Assembly: GCA_009694835.1 (NCBI GenBank) | Contig: SICC01000002.1 | Span: 1-42,796 of the forward strand | Origin: Patescibacteria group bacterium | Lineage (GTDB): Bacteria > Patescibacteriota > SICC01 | Direction: 5' to 3' | DNA: 42,796 nt | Shown here: positions 27,087 through 35,200 of the stretch, one piece after another | Numbering within the stretch: position 1 is the first letter of the stretch | Layout of the letters: each line of letters starts with the position of its first letter | Position numbers and translations under genes: made by a program | The notes under the pieces: model-generated | Told to the model about the DNA's origin: nothing | The model's input: only the letters and a program-made list of their open reading frames with translations | Database searches by the model: none

Positions 27087-27164
27087 TAGTTGCTTTCCAG
27101 CCGAGCTGGCTGCAGCAAAACCATTAAAAAACCCATAACAACGGACACAAAATCATATAAACCT

Positions 27165-27668
27165 ATGCAATGCCCCACCTGCCAAGCCGACTCGTTACGC
27201 GTGATTGATTCACGTGACGTTGAAGCCGAACCCGCCATTCGCCGTCGTCGCGAGTGTGAAAAATGCGGGTTCCGTTTTACTACGTATGAGCGTGTCGAAG
27301 CGCCGCACCTGTTAGTCATCAAGAAGGATGGTCGACGGGAACAGTTCTCGCGAGAGAAGCTTTCCCGCGGAGTCTGGCGAGCCTGCGAGAAGCGACCGAT
27401 CTCGGAAGCGGCCATCGAGGCTGCAGTTTCGGCGGTTGAGCAGGACTTACGGGCCTGCGGTGAAACCGAAATCAATGTGGCAGCGGTTGGAGAGTCGGCT
27501 ATGGTTCATCTGAAGAAACTTGATCAGGTGGCCTATATTCGATTCGCCAGCGTCTATCGCGAGTTTACTGACTTGGACGAGTTCCAGGCGGAAGTAAAGA
27601 AGACCCTCAAAAATACACTTAGTCCGAAACGTCCTAACGTTAAGACTGAGAAACTAGTAACCAAATAA
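27165..27668 (+). CDS. nrdR: transcriptional repressor NrdR
   Basis: Start moved to ATG 27165 (MQCPTCQADSLRVIDSR), which gives the zinc ribbon CPTC...CEKC followed by an ATP-cone. 167 aa. Confidence 0.92.
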   Translation: MQCPTCQADSLRVIDSRDVEAEPAIRRRRECEKCGFRFTTYERVEAPHLLVIKKDGRREQFSREKLSRGVWRACEKRPISEAAIEAAVSAVEQDLRACGETEINVAAVGESAMVHLKKLDQVAYIRFASVYREFTDLDEFQAEVKKTLKNTLSPKRPNVKTEKLVTK

Positions 27669-27684
27669 ACATAAGGAGTTCCCG

Positions 27685-30078
27685 GTGCCCAAAACTGACA
27701 CAGCGGCTACGCCATCATCCACCCGCAAAACTGATTCGAAGAAAATCTTAAAGCAGACAGCGCTTGATAAGCCGATTGAGGTTGAGAACGGCACCGTCTT
27801 AGAGGGTATTCGCAAAAAAGTCTTCATGGATCGCTATTCCTGGAAAGACGGCAAAGGTAACCCAATGGAGCAGCACCCGGAACAGATGTGGGGCCGCGTC
27901 GCTAAAGCCCTGGCCCAAATCGAGACCCCTAATCAGCAAAAACATTGGGAGAAGAAGTTTTACGAAGCCATGGAAGGATTCAAGTTTGTCCCAGCCGGAC
28001 GAATTTTGTCTGGGGCTGGCACGGGCCACCAAGTGACGTACTACAACTGCTTTGTGCTTCCGTCACCAGAAGACAGCCGCGGCGGCATTATCGACAATCT
28101 CAAGGATATGATCGAGATTATGTCGCGAGCCGGCGGCGTTGGTATCAACCTAAGCTCACTGCGACCGCGCGGGGCGCACATCAAGACCGTTAACGGCACC
28201 AGCTCAGGTCCCATCCCATGGGCGGAACTCTATTCTGTCGCGACCGGCCAGGTTATTCAGCAAGGCGGTTCTCGCCGCGGTGCCCTGATGTTGATGATTA
28301 ACGACGACCACCCAGACGTAGAGGAGTTTATTACGGTTAAGCAAGACCAGGGTAAATTGACTGGCGCCAACCTGTCCGTCTGCGTGTCTGACAACTTTAT
28401 GAAAGCGGTCAAGGAAGACGCCGACTGGGATCTGAAGTGGGAAGGTAAAACTATGAAGACGGTCAAAGCTAAAGATCTCTGGGGTAAGATTTGCGACTCC
28501 GCCTGGGCCTCAGCTGAACCGGGACTTCACTTTATGGAGCGTTCTAACAAGCGTTCAAACACCTGGTACTACGAGAAATTGATTTCAACCAACCCGTGTG
28601 GTGAGCAGCCGCTCGGGGCCTGGGCGGTCTGTAACCTCGGTGCGCTTAACCTTTCGAACTTTGTGGTCGGGGGCACAATGGATTACGAAATGCTGGCCGA
28701 CCATTCCCGAACCGCCATTCGCGCCCTCGATAACGTCGTCGACGCCAACTACTACTTCTTCGAAGAGAACGAGAAGCAGCAGATGGGCACCCGCCGCACC
28801 GGCCTCGGTACGATGGGACTCGGTGACGCACTGATTAAGATGGAAGTTCGTTACGGTTCGGAAGAATCATTGCCGGTCATTGAAAAGATTTACAAGACCA
28901 TCCGCGATGCGGCCTACGATGAATCCGCCGAAATCGCTAAAGAGAAGTCACCGTTCCCGATGTTTGATCGCTCCAAGTACTTGAAAGGTCATTTCATCAA
29001 GCAACTACCAAAGGCGGTCCGCGAGAAGATCAGCAAGTATGGCATCCGAAACGCTGTCCTCTTAACCCAGGCTCCAACCGGCACGACCTCCTTGGTCTCC
29101 GGTGCCAGCTCGGGCATTGAGCCGGTCTACGACTTCGCCATGAAGCGCAAGGATCGCACCGGTGAGCACATTCTGTACCATGAGCTCTACAAGACCTGGA
29201 TTGATGAGCACCCAGACGAGGAAGTTCCGGACTTCTTCGTCAGCGCTAATGATTTGACCCCGCTCGAACACGTCAAAGTTCAGGCCAAGATCCAGGATTA
29301 CACTGACAGCTCGATTTCTAAAACCGTCAACGCTCCAAATGACCACACCGTCGAAGACGTCCGTGAGCTCTACGAAGCGGCCTACGACATGGGACTCAAG
29401 GGCGTAACCTACATGCGAGACGGCTCACGAGAGGGTGTCCTGGAGCATATTCCGAAGGAAGGCGAGAAGAAGGCAGAGGAACCAGTCGCTGTGGTTACCC
29501 CGCAAGCTTCACCAACCCCGGCTCCACGACCACAAGTCCTGGAAGGGAAGACGGTCCGGATGGTGACGGCCTACGGCAAGATGTACGTCACTATGAACGT
29601 CGATACGCAAGGTAACCTGATTGAAGTCTTTGCCACCCTTGGTAAGGCTGGCGGACTCGGGGCCTCGATGACCGAAGCGATTACTCGATTAATTTCGACC
29701 AGTCTGCGCGCCGGTGTTTCGCCGCGAGCGATCATTAAGGAGCTCCGGGGCATTACCGATCAACCGTTCGGATTCGGTGACAACCGAGTCAGCAGTGTGG
29801 CTGACGCCGTCGGTAAGGCCATGGAAGACTACCTGTACCCGAAACTCGACTTATCAGTGTCCGAGCCAGTCAAGGCCGAGTTGCCAGTCGATGCGGCTTC
29901 CCAAGCCGCCGAAGCTGATGCCAAGGCCGCTGAAGCTGCCGCCACCCAACAGCCGCACGCTATCTCGATGGACTCCACTAGTAAGTTGGCCGGGATCTGC
30001 CCGGATTGCGGTGGGCCGCTCGAGTTTGCCTCGGGTTGTAAGGTCTGCCACTCCTGTGGATATTCAGCCTGTGGCTGA
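27685..30078 (+). CDS. nrdJ: adenosylcobalamin-dependent (class II) ribonucleotide reductase
   Basis: 797 aa, GTG start after AAGGAG. Active-site motif TNPCGEQPL, and a C-terminal Cys-rich tail CPDCGGPLEFASGCKVCHSCGYSACG. Confidence 0.92.
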   Translation: MPKTDTAATPSSTRKTDSKKILKQTALDKPIEVENGTVLEGIRKKVFMDRYSWKDGKGNPMEQHPEQMWGRVAKALAQIETPNQQKHWEKKFYEAMEGFKFVPAGRILSGAGTGHQVTYYNCFVLPSPEDSRGGIIDNLKDMIEIMSRAGGVGINLSSLRPRGAHIKTVNGTSSGPIPWAELYSVATGQVIQQGGSRRGALMLMINDDHPDVEEFITVKQDQGKLTGANLSVCVSDNFMKAVKEDADWDLKWEGKTMKTVKAKDLWGKICDSAWASAEPGLHFMERSNKRSNTWYYEKLISTNPCGEQPLGAWAVCNLGALNLSNFVVGGTMDYEMLADHSRTAIRALDNVVDANYYFFEENEKQQMGTRRTGLGTMGLGDALIKMEVRYGSEESLPVIEKIYKTIRDAAYDESAEIAKEKSPFPMFDRSKYLKGHFIKQLPKAVREKISKYGIRNAVLLTQAPTGTTSLVSGASSGIEPVYDFAMKRKDRTGEHILYHELYKTWIDEHPDEEVPDFFVSANDLTPLEHVKVQAKIQDYTDSSISKTVNAPNDHTVEDVRELYEAAYDMGLKGVTYMRDGSREGVLEHIPKEGEKKAEEPVAVVTPQASPTPAPRPQVLEGKTVRMVTAYGKMYVTMNVDTQGNLIEVFATLGKAGGLGASMTEAITRLISTSLRAGVSPRAIIKELRGITDQPFGFGDNRVSSVADAVGKAMEDYLYPKLDLSVSEPVKAELPVDAASQAAEADAKAAEAAATQQPHAISMDSTSKLAGICPDCGGPLEFASGCKVCHSCGYSACG

Positions 30079-30129
30079 TATTAAATAGTCGCCTGTGGCT
30101 GATACCAGCACTTAACAAACCTCTTTATG

Positions 30130-30250
30130 TACGAACGCCGGGAAAGCGCTGTGAGAATCAGCCGCGGTCCCGCCACTGTGATTCCGTCACCTTTTGTAGA
30201 CGTCAGAAACGGCAAAAGATAACGGATAAGTCAGAGCACCGACGTTCCGC
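30130..30250 (+). promoter_or_regulatory. cobalamin (B12) riboswitch aptamer
   Basis: P1: GAACG (30133-30137) with CGTTC (30243-30247). Core: GGGAAAGCGCTGTGAGAATCAGCCGCGGTCCCGCCACTGTGA (30140-30181). Nested helices TCCGT/ACGGA and CTTTTG/CAAAAG. B12-box-like AAGTCAGAGCACCG (30228-30241). Confidence 0.8.
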
Positions 30251-30324
30251 ATTACTTCACCCGACCTACGGTCGATAGGTCCAGGGATTACTCCTGGATA
30301 GGGGTATTTTTTTAATCAAAAACC

Positions 30325-32106
30325 ATGACACCACCAGAAACACTCACCAGAATAGAAACCGGGCTATCACTCGATGAATTCAAGGAATCAGTTCGAGCCG
30401 TCATCGAGACGCACCCTGGTATCTCTCCTGAGCTTCGCTCGTACATGCTGCCGTCCGTCGATCGTTTAACTCAGATCGAGCCGAACCCGGAGGCATTTAC
30501 CCTCAGTGATCTCGAACACTTCGACCGACGACGGTCAGAAATTGAGTCGGAATATTCGAATCGGATGAGCGAACCAGGTATCTACTACGACGGGAACTTT
30601 GCAGCCGACGTCGAAGCTTGGCTTTCTGGGGATGTGTCGACGACTCGCGCCACGATTGAATCGCGCTTCCGAAGGGCCACCGAAGATGAAGAACCTGAAC
30701 GACTAAGTGGTGGACAAGCAAGACTCACTCAACCGGAACGAGCTCGAACGCCTGTTACGATGGCAGCAACACGCGGAGTAACTTCTGGCCGTGAAGACAA
30801 GACTGATGAACGAAAAACTGTTCATAATGTGGATGAATTTTCTTTAGAGCGTGAGGAAATACCAGTTGGTCAGGGGGAACAGCCGTTGCTTGACTGGGGA
30901 CCGATAACATCGCGTTTACTCAGGCTTCGGGCTGATCGCGCTTCAATCCAAGAGCGCATTCTTTTAGAACGGGGATTGGCCAGCAAGCAGTTTCCACCTC
31001 CAGAACTTTTGGACCGGGCGGATCGAATTGCCGACGTCGAGCAGTCGCCCATTGTCACCAAGCCAGAACCACGCGAAGATACTAGCGATACCAAATCACC
31101 TCAACCGGAAGAAACTGATTATGAACAACCACCTCCTATTGAACTTCATCGATCTGCTGGCGATAACCCTCCAGCTACTAATCATCGTCCGGGTGATCAT
31201 GAGTTGGCTGCGACCGAACCCGACCAGTCCGATTGGGAGGTTCTTGTTGGAGGTGACGGATCCGATTCTGAAACCGTTTCAGATGATTCTTCCCTCGGTG
31301 GCGGGGCTCGACTTCAGCCCGATTCTGGCCTTGATTACGATCCAAGTACTCCAGAGCTTGGCACAGAATTATCTGTAATTAAAGAAAACTCATCGCGAGA
31401 CATTGTCCTCTGGGAATTCCCCGAAGCCGAGGAACCCGCTAGGATAGAAGCCAGTATGGAGCAGACCGAAACGTATGAACAACTTACCGGACAAACTGGA
31501 TCAGATTTGGAACCACGCCGCCGACCGGGGGCCGGACGTCTTAGTGACCTTAGTGGTCGGATTCATCGTGGTCGAGGTGACCATAGCAATCCTGCGCTAC
31601 CTGTTCCGGGTCTCGAATCTGCCAATCGGCTTGAAGCGGATCCTGTTCTCGCTGATCCGAGTCTTCCTCTGGTTGATTCTCTTCCTGGTGATAGTCCAGA
31701 CGCTGGGTCTGAACAGCCTGCTGGTGGCCGTGACCGGCTCGTCAGTGATCGTGGCGATCTTCCTAGCCCCAGGGCTCGGACCGATGGTCCAGGACGTCAT
31801 CGCCGGCTTGTCGCTGGCCAGCGATCGGTTTTATCAACCCGGAGCCAAGGTCGTGGCCGGGGACAAACAGACGGAGGGCACCATCGAGACGCTCGACTTA
31901 CGCAAGACCAAGATTCGGGATTCGAAGGGGAAACTGCACGTCATTTCCAACTCCCAGATCGATCGCGGGGAGTGGGTAGCCTTAGAACCGAACGAGCCCG
32001 CATTGAAGCGGCGCCGCAGGTTAGCTACGCTACTAAAGAAGAAGCGTTAGACCTGTCATCACCAGGGATGCTGTCGGCAGAAATCCTGATTCCCTCAGGA
32101 GAGTAG
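30325..32106 (+). CDS. ORF of unknown family (acidic, low complexity); true 3' extent uncertain
   Basis: 593-codon open frame. The first ~265 codons have no competing ORF and show a G-rich first codon position (many GAA/GAT/GAG/GCC). The remainder overlaps yggT and the MscS-like gene in another frame and ends inside the ileS T-box leader. Confidence 0.4.
   Translation: MTPPETLTRIETGLSLDEFKESVRAVIETHPGISPELRSYMLPSVDRLTQIEPNPEAFTLSDLEHFDRRRSEIESEYSNRMSEPGIYYDGNFAADVEAWLSGDVSTTRATIESRFRRATEDEEPERLSGGQARLTQPERARTPVTMAATRGVTSGREDKTDERKTVHNVDEFSLEREEIPVGQGEQPLLDWGPITSRLLRLRADRASIQERILLERGLASKQFPPPELLDRADRIADVEQSPIVTKPEPREDTSDTKSPQPEETDYEQPPPIELHRSAGDNPPATNHRPGDHELAATEPDQSDWEVLVGGDGSDSETVSDDSSLGGGARLQPDSGLDYDPSTPELGTELSVIKENSSRDIVLWEFPEAEEPARIEASMEQTETYEQLTGQTGSDLEPRRRPGAGRLSDLSGRIHRGRGDHSNPALPVPGLESANRLEADPVLADPSLPLVDSLPGDSPDAGSEQPAGGRDRLVSDRGDLPSPRARTDGPGRHRRLVAGQRSVLSTRSQGRGRGQTDGGHHRDARLTQDQDSGFEGETARHFQLPDRSRGVGSLRTERARIEAAPQVSYATKEEALDLSSPGMLSAEILIPSGE
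31121..31378 (+). CDS. yggT: YggT/YlmG-family membrane protein
   Basis: 85 aa from ATG 31121. The sequence LLIIVRVIMSWLRPNPTSPIGRFLLEVTDPILKPFQMILPSVAGLDFSPILALITIQVL matches the YggT signature (..SW.....NP......T.P.L.P.R...P..G.D.SP...). A position upstream of ileS is typical for ylmG. Confidence 0.85.
   Translation: MNNHLLLNFIDLLAITLQLLIIVRVIMSWLRPNPTSPIGRFLLEVTDPILKPFQMILPSVAGLDFSPILALITIQVLQSLAQNYL
31475..32050 (+). CDS. short MscS-family mechanosensitive channel-like protein
   Basis: 191 aa. Three TM segments, then the MscS pore-helix/beta-domain pattern LAPGLGPMVQDVIAGLSLASDRFYQPGAKVV..GTIETLDLRKTKIRDSKGKLHVISNSQI. It lacks the usual C-terminal alpha/beta domain. Confidence 0.7.
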   Translation: MNNLPDKLDQIWNHAADRGPDVLVTLVVGFIVVEVTIAILRYLFRVSNLPIGLKRILFSLIRVFLWLILFLVIVQTLGLNSLLVAVTGSSVIVAIFLAPGLGPMVQDVIAGLSLASDRFYQPGAKVVAGDKQTEGTIETLDLRKTKIRDSKGKLHVISNSQIDRGEWVALEPNEPALKRRRRLATLLKKKR

Positions 32107-32205
32107 AGCCGACCGGGACGGCCCGTTACAGCCTGAGTAAGCGCCCCGTCACCGGGGAATCGAGGTGGTACCGCCCTGATAGAACGGGGCCCTCGAACCA
32201 CTCGA
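32052..32205 (+). promoter_or_regulatory. T-box leader of ileS
   Basis: T-box sequence AATCGAGGTGGTACCGCC (32158-32175), preceded by hairpin CCCCG-tcac-CGGGG (32144-32157). Upstream stem GTCGGC (32073-78) pairs with GCCGAC (32108-13) and has an AGAGTAGA internal loop. ATC (Ile) triplets at 32058-60 and 32083-85. A competing helix forms between 32160-32169 and 32197-32205, just before the ATG. Confidence 0.7.
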
Positions 32206-32211
32206 TTTGCT

Positions 32212-35200
32212 ATGCCTAAGAAAATCACGATTATTGCTCCGAAAACTAACGTCTCGTTCCCGAAGCTGGAACAAGATGTCTTGAAACTTTGGAAAAAGGA
32301 AGGGACGTTTGAACAAAGTCTCAAGCAGACTAAGAAAGGGAAACGCTTTACGTTCTACGATGGGCCACCGTTTGCGACCGGTTTACCCCACTACGGAAAC
32401 TTGATGCAAGGCATCATCAAGGATACGATCCCTCGGTTCCGGACTATGCAGGGTCGGTATGTTGAACGTCGCTTTGGGTGGGACTGTCATGGCTTGCCAG
32501 TTGAATATGGCTTAGAAAAAGAGCTGGGAATTAAGAATCGTCAAGAGATCCTCGAAATGGGTGTCGGCAAATTCAACGACGCCTGTCGTGCTATTGTCCT
32601 GCGTTACGCCGGCGAATGGCGAGCAATTACCGAACGAATTGGCCGGTGGGTCGATATGGATAACGACTACAAAACGATGGATCCGGATTATATGGAATCG
32701 GTTTGGTGGGTGATCAAGCAACTCTGGGAAAAGGGACTTCTCTATGAAGGTCGCCAGAGCATGCACATCTGCCCGCGCTGCGCTACACCACTTTCCAATT
32801 TTGAGGTGCTCCAAGGCTATGCCGATCGAGATGACCCCGCCGTCTACGTCAAACTACCGCTGCGTCACGATCAAGACGTTTCACTGCTTATTTGGACGAC
32901 GACCCCGTGGACGCTTCCGGGAAACGTCTTGGCGGCCGTTAATAAGCACCTGACGTACGTGGAAGTTGAACACGACGGCCAGCGATTAGTGCTCGCAGAG
33001 TCACGGCTCGCGGCCGTCTTCCCAAATAATGACTATACGTTGCGACGAACCTTACGAGCCGAAGAGCTCATTGGTCAGCAGTACGAACCCCCATTCCCCA
33101 AGCGAAACCTCACCGGGACTAGTTATGAAGTCGTAGCCGCCGATGCCGTCAATGCTGATGAGGGCACCGGCATCCTGCACGTGGCTCCAGCCTTCGGGGA
33201 AGAGGATATGGAGATCGGAAAACGCGAGCAGGCTGCCTTCATTCAGCACATCGACATCACTGGAACGATAACCAACGAGGTGCCGCGCTATCGCGGCCTC
33301 CAGGCTCTGGACGCTAATCAGCAGATTATCGCCGACCTGAAGAAGTCGAAACGGCTGCTCCGATCCGAGACCATCCGCCACAGCTATCCGCATTGCTGGC
33401 GGTGTGAAACTCCGCTGCTTAACTTTGCCACTAAATCCTGGTTCGTAGCCGTAGCGAACATCAAACCAGAATTGTTGCGGACTAACGAGCAGATCACGTG
33501 GCTACCCGAAAGCGTAAAAGACGGTCGGTTTGGTAAATGGTTAGAGGCTGCCCGTGACTGGTCAATTTCTCGTAATCGATTTTGGGGCAACCCGCTGCCA
33601 ATTTGGCGCTGCCCAGACGGTCATCTAACCGTTATTGGTTCACTCGATGAACTCGAAAAACTGTCCGGCAAACGGCCAAAGGACCTTCATAAGCAGTACG
33701 TCGACAAGATTACCTTCGACTGCCCGGAGTGTAATGGGAAGGCGACCCGCATTGAGGATGTCCTCGATTGCTGGTTTGAGTCAGGTAGCATGCCGTACGC
33801 CAAAGAACATTACCCGTTCCAGCATAAAAAAGAATTTGAAGAGTCCTTTCCGGCCGACTTCATTGCCGAAGCCTTAGATCAAACCCGTGGTTGGTTCTAC
33901 ACCCTCCACGTGCTCGGCGTGGCACTCTTTGACTCGCCAACGTTTAAGAACGTCGTCTCAACCGGTATCATCGTCGCCGAAGATGGGCAGAAGATGTCAA
34001 AGAGTAAACAAAACTACCCCGATCCGGACAAGGTCTTGGATAAATACGGGGCGGATGCTCTGCGGCTCTACATCCTTTCATCTCCAGTGGTACGCGGTGA
34101 CGATCTTCGGTTCCGCGAGAAGGGGCTTGAGGAAATTCAACGCAACTTTGTTTCGACGCTCTACAACGTCTACTCGTTCTTCACGACCTACGCCGCGGTC
34201 GACGAATGGAGCCCGCCAACTAAACCATCGCGACAAACGAATGTGCTCGACCAATGGGTTACCTCACGGCTCAACTCGCTGACCAAGGAAACTACCGAGG
34301 CTCTCGAGCAGAATGACTTGATGACCGCCAGCCGCGGCCTGATGAGCTTCCTCGATGAACTTTCAAACTGGTACGTCCGCCGTAGTCGCCGGCGCTTCTG
34401 GAAATCGGACAGCGACACTGACAAGGAACAGGCCTACGCCACGCTCTACACCGTCCTGACGACGTTTACCCGGCTAGCAGCGCCCATTACGCCGTTTATC
34501 ACCGATCACCTCTACCGTGAGCTGACAGGGAAGAGTGTTCACTTGGCGGAATGGCCGACGGCTACTGGATCTAAAGTCGATTCAGACTTAGAGCGACAGA
34601 TGTCAGTGGCGCGCCAAGTGGTCCGGCTCGGATTGGCCGCTCGGACCCAAGCCGGCATCAAAGTTCGCCAACCAGTGGCAGAAGCTACCGTGGTAGATCG
34701 AATCAAGTCAGGTATCGTTAAGAATAAATCTATTGTTCAATTAGTCTCTGATGAATTGAACGTAAAGAAGCTCGCGTTCATTACCAAAGAGTCTGGTTTC
34801 GTCAAAGAAGTTATTCAGCCCGTCCCGTCAGAAGTGGGACCGCTGTTTGGCCGCGAAGCCCAGCAGGTGATCGAGGAGATTAAGGCCGGAAAGGTTCAGC
34901 GAAAAGGCCAGAAGGTCTTTGTTCGAGGTCGCGAACTTCCCGAGGATGCGGTTCGAGTGACCTGGGCTCCGGTTGGTGACTTGGTTGTCGAAAGTTCCGC
35001 TGACGTGGTGGTCGCTATCAATCCCGACTTAAACGAAGACTTAGTCGATGAAGGCCGCGCCCGCGAATTGATTCGAGCCTTCCAAGAATTGCGAAAGTCA
35101 TCTGGCCTGGATGTGTCTGATCGGATTACCGCTACCGCCGAAACAGACAATCCCGATTTGGAGCGAATGCTCGATGCCCATCACGACTTGATTGCGACGG

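Noticed and set aside
27090-27164. 25-codon TTG-initiated extension of nrdR
   Set aside because: NrdR proteins begin directly with the M-x-C-P-x-C zinc ribbon, and the extension runs through the leader hairpin.
30280-30313. Calling a canonical intrinsic terminator as the riboswitch expression platform
   Set aside because: The TCCAGG/CCTGGA stem is only 6 bp and is separated from the T7 run by 8 nt. I mention it but do not annotate it as a terminator.
31028-31120. 31-codon TTG-initiated extension of yggT
   Set aside because: YggT-family proteins start at the first TM helix. The extension is P/S/N-rich and the internal ATG 31121 fits the family length. It is still noted as the zone where both frames are open.
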